Positions 49,133-56,700 of a DNA stretch of 56,700 nucleotides are shown here, piece by piece. The position numbers and the translations under genes are program-made. The notes beneath the pieces were generated by a model. The model had not been told where the DNA came from. It saw only the letters and a program-made list of their open reading frames with translations, and did not search any database. The stretch comes from Octopus bimaculoides (taxonomy: Eukaryota), in contig NC_068983.1 in assembly GCF_001194135.2 (NCBI RefSeq), forward strand, positions 73,492,851 through 73,549,550, given 5' to 3'. The stretch's first letter is position 1, and each line of letters opens with the position of its first letter.

Positions 49133-49824
49133 ATGAATGTGTGGAGAGTACAATATGAGAGGGGGTATATAAATTTATATAACACATTCTGGTTGAATCC
49201 ATGCGTCAACATGTACATTCTTGCGACATGGTAACCTTTAATTTAATGAAGGTATCCTTGGCGTGAAGAGTAGCCAGCGGTATACCCCTCGCTTGGATTT
49301 TTTTTACCACTTCCGTGGTTTCGCTCGCTATGAAACATATGTAACTCCATTCCGTAACTCTTGTATATAACTTTCAGACACATTTACCCAATGTACGACC
49401 GTATCGATAAATAAATTCCATAAGTAAATTACAATCACTCCTAAATACGTAACTAAATAAGGGTATCTATTGCAGACCCAAGAATTATTGGTATATGTCG
49501 TTGACGAAGGAAAGTAGTTTTATACAAAGCCAGAAACCCAGGGTCAGGAATTATCCAATTCTCACTAGTTTATTTATCTATTTGTCTTCTCACCTTGTGG
49601 TGTATTGATACATGATGTGGTTTTAGAGTCAGGTTTTGAATGCTATTTCAAGCATGGTGATATCTCTTATATACCCTTATTTATAAGTTTAATAATAATT
49701 ATAACCTATAAGGTTTTTTTCTTCCCATGCTGCCACTTGATTTGATCGTTATTTAAATAACGATCTTATCTTTATATATACATACATACATACATGCATG
49801 CATACATACATACATACATACATG

Positions 49825-49918
<94 letters not shown>

Positions 49919-50040
49919 TCATGGACTGTTCCGTAGTTAGACGACGTATGAGCGTTCGGCAATTTCATGCCGAACAACTGCACAGAAGATTTGTTTATAG
50001 TGATCAAATGTTTCTGTTCACATAAGTTCACTTCTTCCAG

Positions 50041-50182
50041 CAAATCGACATTACCAGTACAAGTGCACCGTGTGCCACATGTCAGATACCGAAATGATCG
50101 CAAAGGAGCGTGGAATTATATGCTTTGCTCAAGAAGAAAGCGCAACACCTTGTTTGCGAATGTAAACCACGATCTCGAAATC
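50041..50182 (+). CDS. Candidate exon of an unidentified gene
   Basis: Acceptor GTTCACTTCTTCCAG| and donor ATC|GTGAGT. One frame is open throughout (KSTLPVQVHRVPHVRYRND...); another reads NRHYQYKCTVCHMSDTEMIAKERGIICFAQEESATPCLRM* and stops at 50165. Confidence 0.22.
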
Positions 50183-50210
50183 GTGAGTGCAATACCCTAA
50201 TCACTAAGCC

Positions 50211-50268
<58 letters not shown>

Positions 50269-50774
50269 GAGAAGGAAAAGGAAAATGGAGATTGGAAAGT
50301 TAATTGTTTATTATTGACAGCAAATTAATCATCTTCACTTACAGCTGTTTCAATTAATACTCAGTAAATATTAAGCAAATATTAAATTCATATTTATATG
50401 ACCTGAGTATAATACCTTCAGAGGGAAAAAGATATACCCTTAGATATTTTATATGTGTTTATGGATTCATTATAGCAGACTGAATGATACGGTTTATGAT
50501 TTGTATTGTTATATGTTCGGGCAAGGGGTTTACAGGCTGATTGGAGATAAGATAGAGTTGGTAAATAGAATTAGATGAATAAATGAATAAATTATATAGA
50601 AAATAGAGGTAATTTAAATATGAATAAGGTAAGTTTATAGTTAATAAAAGAATGGAATATTCGTTTATAAGGTATAAATAAAGTTATGAAAATTTGTATA
50701 TACGTAAGTACGCACGTATACATATACACACACACACACACACACATACATACATATTTATACACATACGCATA

Positions 50775-51575
50775 CTAGCTGAATTTCCCGGCGTAGCCCG
50801 GGTTACTGCTGTTCTTATTCAGATTAGTAAACAATAAATATAAAGATATATTCTCATAATTACTTCAAAATATCTATATTTTATTGAAAAATAACCAAAT
50901 TGTAATGATAATAGAATTTAGATCTGAACATCTGTCAATTTTGAAGCACTTCAGGGTAAACAATATTAATTGTGTAATCTTTTGTTGGTGTCCAAATGAA
51001 TAAATTGTTGCTGCTTCCAACACGTGAGCAACTAACATAGAGCTGGCCGTGGGAGAAGCATGTAGTAGAGGGATCAAATGTAACCACCTTGAGGGATTGA
51101 CCCTGAGATTTGTTAATTGAAATACCAAAATTTAGTTTCACTGGAAACTGAAGCGTCTTAAATTCAAATGGAATATTTGTAGGTGTGAGAGGACTTTTTG
51201 GAATAAAGAGATTTTCTCCTTTGTAACTACCTGTTATGAGTGTTGCCAAGTAGGACATGGAGCTTCATGGACGTAACAATTAAGTGAGTTCCATTACACA
51301 GGCGAGGTGGGTCAAGATTCTTAAGCAACATAATGGGAACACCAAGTTTTAGTGTCAAGTTATGCGGTGGCATCCCAATGGGTTTAAATGTGTTCAGAAA
51401 TTCAACAGGGTATTGAATAGCCTGATCTTCATCGACCGTTGTGTGAATTGGTGGAAAAGTCATTTCTGATGTATCTGTTAACTTTTGAAGAAGTTCATGA
51501 TTGAGTTTATCAACCATTTCATTAGTTGGAGCCAGTATAGCTCTTTCACATAGCCAGTTTACATCAGTGTAATTG
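50775..51575 (-). mobile_element. Helitron 3' fragment: PIF1-like helicase C-terminus and 3' terminus
   Basis: ERAILAPTN...YPVEFLN...GMPPHNLTLKLGVPIMLLKNLDPPRLCNGT and FPVKLNFGISINKSQGQSL...CFSHGQLYVSCSRV. 3' hairpin CCCGGGCTACGCCGGG (50787-50802) and a terminal CTAG|T at 50775. Confidence 0.93.
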
Positions 51576-51767
51576 ACAATCACACATACACTGACACACA
51601 CAAACACATACACTGACATACACATACACTCTCACATACACTTACATATACTAAAACAGACACACAGACATACATTTTCGAAACGAACGCGCAAACACAC
51701 ACACACACTCAAAGACACATACACATACATATACAAAATGTGTCGTCGTCGTGGTATAAAATGTCCT

Positions 51768-52150
51768 TTAGGGACAGGTTTAGGGTTAGGGTAATGGTTA
51801 AGGTTTGGATAGGGTTAGGGTTACGGTAAGTGTAAGGTTAAGGTTAGGGTTAGTGCATGGGTTTATGTTAGGGTTAGGGTTAGGATTAGGTTTAGGTTAG
51901 GGTTAGTTTTAGGGTTAGGGACAAGGTTAGGTTTAGGAATAGTGTTAGGGATAGGTTAGGGTTATGCTAGGGGTAAGCTCAAAGTTATCGTTAGGGTTAG
52001 GATTAGGCCGAGGGTGAGAGTTAGCGTTCGGTTTAGGGTTAGGTTTAGGGTTAGGATCAGAGTGAGGGTGAGGGTTAAGGTTAGGATAGGGTTAGGGTTA
52101 GGGGTAGGGTTAGAGTTAGAGTTACAGTTAGGGTTGAGGTTTGGGAATGA
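51768..52150 (+). repeat. Interstitial degenerate telomere-like (TTAGGG)n array
   Basis: Many exact TTAGGG units mixed with TTAGGT, TTAGGA, TGAGGG and TTAGAG variants. Confidence 0.9.
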
Positions 52151-52169
52151 TTAAGGTTACTTTATCCCT

Positions 52170-52480
52170 GGGCGAATCAATGTCATCTGAGTGAATTTGG
52201 TAGACGGAAATTTTGAGGAAACTCGTCGATCTGTTTATGTGTGTATGTGCGTGTGTGTATGTGTGCTTGAGTTTCTTCTCTCCACACAGTTTGACGACCG
52301 GTGTTGTTTAGTTTACGTTCCTGAAAGTTAAAGGTTCAGTAAAAGATACCAATAGAATAAGTACTAGACTTTAAAAGATATGTACTGGCGTCAGTCTTTT
52401 CGATTAAAACTCTTCAATGCGGTGCCCCAGAATGGCCGCAGACCGATGACTGAAACATGTAAAGATAAAAGATAAGATAA
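52170..52480 (+). mobile_element. SINE family S2, central and 3' part with internal (TG)n
   Basis: GAATTTGGTAGACGGAAAT, GATACCAATAGAATAAGTACTAG, GATGACTGAAACATGTAAAGATAAAAG; homologous to 55885-56118. Confidence 0.7.
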
Positions 52481-52959
52481 CACTGTACTGTTTCAGTAAG
52501 TACATCACGTCGCAGGAAAAGGTATTGCTTTGATTACAATCTAAGGTAGCTGCTGAAAATATATGTATTGTCTCCCAATACAATCAATATTTTCGATCGC
52601 ATATTGTGGATTTAAAAGGCTTATATCTCGTCTGTTTACTCTTGCATCATAAAAGATTAACATTCGAAATGTGTCTTTATGCATGTATGTATGTATGTAT
52701 GTATGTATGTATGTATGTATGTATGTGTGTGTGTATGTATGTATGATTGAATGANNNNNNNNNNNNNNNNNNNNNNNATGTGTCTTTATGCATGTATGTA
52801 TGTATGTATGTATGTATGTATGTATGTATGTATGTGTGTGTGTATGTATGTATGATTGAATGAATGCAAGTATGTATGTATGTATGTATGTATGTAAGTA
52901 TGTATGTGCGTATGTACCTCTATGTATGAATGAATATATTAATGAATGTGTGTATTATG

Positions 52960-55010
52960 TTCTTTCATTCTTTTATGCTTCTCAGGCCAAATGCTGTGGC
53001 CATGGTAGGGCATCGCCAGTATTCTCACCTTTTCAATGGCCATTCTTGTATGATTAGCTTTAGGTGAATGAGGGAGTTTGATATTACTGCCCTCCTTTGA
53101 GTTTTTGCTGTGATGTAGGTTTCATCTGGGACCTTGTACTGCAGGCGGTCAAGTTGTTTCTTGAAAACATCCATCTATCCCTGCTCCATATAAATCTCTC
53201 AGATATTTTGGCAGGATATTGAATAGCTGTGGGCCTTTGAAGCCCAAGCTATCGCAGTACACGGTTCTCACGCTAGACGGGATGGCTATGTATGTATGTA
53301 TGTATGTATGTATGTATGTATGTATGTATTTATGCTTGAAACAGTGAGATGATGTCCAGTTTGGTGCCAAGCCTTCTTCAAGGATCTTCCTATATATATC
53401 ACCGCATATCTCTCTCGTCTTCGCGCCAGGGAGTAGAGTTGTAACTCTGTCAGTCTCTCTCAGTAGCTCAGCTGTTCCATTTAAGCAATATTCCTGGTGT
53501 AGCATCGCAGAACTGCCTCAAGTTTCGCTATTAATTTGACATTGTGGCGTGACCACAGTTGAACGCAGTAGTCCAGACAGGTAAGGACAAATGTAATCCA
53601 TAGAACTAGCATAGTTTTCTGGTCCTTTGTTCTGAAATTTCTCGGAATCCATTCGTCTGCACATTGTCACCATGTTGCTGATATATACACGAAGCGGGGC
53701 GTTGTTGCTCATCTCAATCTCCAGATTACGCACTGTACTCGACCCTGGGATTGCCGCTCCTTTTGGTCTAAAGTATCTTTGTTACGGTATGTTAAGGCAA
53801 GTTCTCTGAGAGCGGAGGCATTGGAATTTTACTGCATTAAATTGCATGTTACTTTCTTAAACCCATTTATATATGGCATCTAGGTCTTTCTGTAGAAGAT
53901 TAGCATCGAAAAGATCCGCGACTGCTTTGACTACTTTTGTGTCGTTGGCATAGCTAGTAAATGTGGATGTTTGTGCAACTGATGGCCTGTCCGAAAGAGC
54001 TACCATAAACAGTAGCAGTCCCAAGACAATTCCTTGAGGCACTTCACTCGCTATTATTGTCTTCTTGGAGAGAGCCCCATTGGCTTCCACTGTCTGGCTC
54101 CTGTCTTATAAGAAGACATGTAACCACTCTCCATGTTTTCCGACTATGCCGAGTGGCTTGCGACATATCACCCTGCGATCAACCTTAGCAAAAGCCTTTG
54201 CAAAATCGAGATATATCACATCCACGTTCGAGAGATTCATTAATAGTTTCAGCACCCATTTATAATGCTGCAGAAGCTGTGTAAGGCAGCTTCTTCCAGT
54301 CCAGAAACCAAGCTGTGTAAGGCAACTTCTTCCAGTCCAGAAACCAAGCTGTGCATCAGGGAGCAAGCCATTATCTTCTAGGAATGTGATCAGCTTCCAC
54401 TTGACAAAGCGTTCCATGACATTGCTAACATGTGAGGTTAGAGAGGCAGGCCTATAACTTTTAGCATCAGCTCTGCGACCTTCTTTATGGATAGGACATA
54501 TGACTGTTTTTAACTTCCTGGTAAGCCTCCTATTTGTAAGGAAGCTTTGGAAGAGGATCTACAGTGGTCTTGCTAGAGCCCCTTTGCATTTCTCAAGAAG
54601 GATTGCTGGAAATCCATCAGGGCCTGTGGCTGAGTTTAAGGTAATTTCATCAATGGCCGATATTACATCAGTTTCCTCTATTTCGAAGTTATCAATAATT
54701 GCCATCTCTCTGTGTAGAACTGTGGTGTCGAAAAACCTATCAGGCACAGCTATATGAAAGTATCCCAACTGAGTTGTGAAAACACTTTTGTATTGCACAT
54801 TCAGTATTGTACTTCTCCTCTGGGAGGGTCTGCAGTTAGTGAGCTATTTTGTTTGAATAGTGGCCCTATATTGTACCGTATTGAAGCAGACTCTTTTGCA
54901 AATCTGTAGAAGGCTTTAGGGCTTCTCTTTACATTTTTTTACAGACCTGGCTTCTTTTTTCTACCCTCTCCTTTTCATGGAAGTGTTTGAGTTCATTTTC
55001 AGTCTGAAGC
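52960..55010 (-). mobile_element. CR1-type LINE, 5'-truncated RT pseudogene
   Basis: SATGPDGFPAILL, YRPASLTSH, QLGFWTGRSCLTQLL, DVIYLDFAKAFAKVD, VPQGIVLGLLLF, YANDTK, QKDLDAIYKW and SLGFKGPQLFNILP. Stops and frameshifts; (TATG)n inserted at about 53287-53330. Confidence 0.93.
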
Positions 55011-55112
55011 TATGTTAAGAAATTGAAAGGCTACATTGAATAATGTTGTTCTGGATAATCTATCTTTTATCTTTTATTTGTTTCAGTCATTAGACTGCAG
55101 CCATGCTGAGAG

Positions 55113-55219
<107 letters not shown>

Positions 55220-55884
55220 CAGGGAGAGATAGGGGGAGTTGTCGCTACTTTAGTGTGTGGTCTACCTCCTCTTCTACACTACGGCATGCAATTTACACTA
55301 CAAGAACTTTATACTGCAAGATGATAAAAACAAGTTGAATAATATTGCATAATGATTTATTATTAATGTCATACATAACTGATACAAACGATTTAAATTT
55401 AAATCCTTTCATGAAACACTCTTCGTATATCATTTAGGAGTGGCACAAATCTGTCGTATCTTTTTTCATTACTTACCAGCAAATGTGATCAAAGTATGAC
55501 TGGAAAAGCTCACTACTAACCCTAACCCTTACCTTAGTCCTAAGCACAATCAATAAATTCATACCACGAAAGGTCATAAAACCAGCGGAAGTCTCAGGAG
55601 ACATATCAGGTCATTTCACAAAGTAGATTAAGAATAATGCGGTTGACCGTACGCTAAAGCAACATCGAGTTGTTGCCATTCAATTGTCACTAACTGAAAA
55701 CTTTTATATGATACTTCTCTAGTTATTCTATGATTTTACAGTGCACTTCGCTGATGTCAAATAGCCAATGATCGGATTGACTCCATATGGCATTCTATTT
55801 TTAATAAATTTTTATTAATTCAAATTCCGGTGTTATCTTCCCTGCTTTTATTGATTGGAATTCATAATTAAGATAATTATTCCT

Positions 55885-56118
55885 CCACGTGTGCTTGTGT
55901 GTCTGTGTTTGTCCCCCCCCCCCACCATCGCTTAACAACCGATGCTGGTGTGTTTACGTCCCCGTAACTTAGCGGTTCGGCAAAAAGAGACCGATAGAAT
56001 AAGTACTAGGCTTACAAAGAACAAGTCCTGGGATCGATTTTCTCGACTAAAGGCGATGCTCCAGCATGGCTACAGTCAAATGACTGAAACAAGTAAAAGA
56101 GTAAGAGTAAAGAGTAAT
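55885..56118 (+). mobile_element. SINE family S2, 3' half
   Basis: GTGTCTGTGTTTGTCCCCCC...CGTAACTTAGCGGTTCGGCAAA...GTCAAATGACTGAAACAAGTAAAAGAGT with a short (GAGTAA)-like tail. Confidence 0.75.
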
Positions 56119-56158
56119 AAACGTATACTTTCAGTTAATTAATATTTCTCGGTTCATT

Positions 56159-56325
56159 CTTAGCAGCATTTCGTCTGTCTTTACGTTCTGAGTTCAAATT
56201 CCGCCGAGGTCATCTTTGCCTTTCATCCGTTCTGGGTCGATAGAATAAGTACCAGTTGAACACTGAGGTCGATGTAATAGATTTACTCCCTCGAAGTTGT
56301 TGGCCTTGTGCCAAAATTCGATACC
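56159..56325 (+). mobile_element. 5'-truncated S1 SINE with an 18-bp target-site duplication
   Basis: AATATTTCTCGGTTCATT occurs at 56141-56158 and 56326-56343. Confidence 0.88.
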
Positions 56326-56361
56326 AATATTTCTCGGTTCATTATATTGTGTATGTCCTAA

Positions 56362-56700
56362 TGTGTGGAGGCGCAATAGCCCAGTGGTTAGGGCAGCGGA
56401 CTCGCGGTCGTAAGATCGCGGTTTCGATTCCCAGGCCGAGTATTGTGAGTGTTTATTGAACGAAAACACCTAAAGTTCCACGAGGCTCCGGCAGGGGATG
56501 GTGGCGAACCCTGCTGTACTCTTTCACCACAACTTTCTCTCACTCTTTCTTCCTTTATCTGTTGTACCTGTATTTCAAAGGGTCAGCCTTGTCACACTGT
56601 GTCACGCTGAATATCCCCGAGAACTACGTTAAGGGTACACGTGTCTGTGGAGTGCTCAGCCACTTGCACGTTAATTTCACGAGCAGGCTGTTCCGCTGAT
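56362..56700 (+). mobile_element. tRNA-derived SINE (family S3), running off the window end
   Basis: A box TAGCCCAGTGG and B box GTTTCGATTCC; non-tRNA body; 3' body shared with 32273-32565. Confidence 0.85.

Noticed and set aside
52669-52863. Exact 86-bp direct repeat on either side of a 23-N gap
   Set aside because: Almost certainly unmerged overlapping contig ends, an assembly artefact.
56370-56440. Possible tRNA gene
   Set aside because: It has A and B boxes but no acceptor stem and continues into a SINE body; it is a SINE head.

Overview
This is AT-rich eukaryotic non-coding DNA from a gapped draft assembly, with 14 N-gaps that mostly border (TA)n/(CA)n tracts. The SINE families and microsatellite density look like a coleoid cephalopod, probably Octopus; that rests on recognising the repeats, not on a search. 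No complete host gene, rRNA, true tRNA gene or CRISPR array can be supported, and nearly all long ORFs in the track are microsatellite or N-gap artefacts. The window is mainly decayed mobile DNA. It holds three restriction-like-endonuclease (R4/Dong-type) LINE families, each sitting in its own microsatellite, two CR1-type LINE relics, an RTE-like fragment, an L1/Tx1-type LINE lacking its whole RT, two Penelope relics, two mariner relics, a Helitron 3' end, a hAT MITE with a perfect 8-bp TSD, other MITEs, many tRNA-derived SINEs and an interstitial (TTAGGG)-like array. The most interesting unannotated signal is a set of minimal type-I hammerhead ribozyme motifs: 16545-16603 (+) and 4065-4132 (-) with complete cores, a variant at 6393-6430 (-), and decayed copies near 26.0 and 35.05 kb. 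Those with intact cores have a self-complementary helix III, the dimer-dependent design known from Penelope-like elements and retrozymes. A few isolated candidate exons may belong to an unidentified host gene (low confidence). All family calls come from manual translation and motif recognition only.
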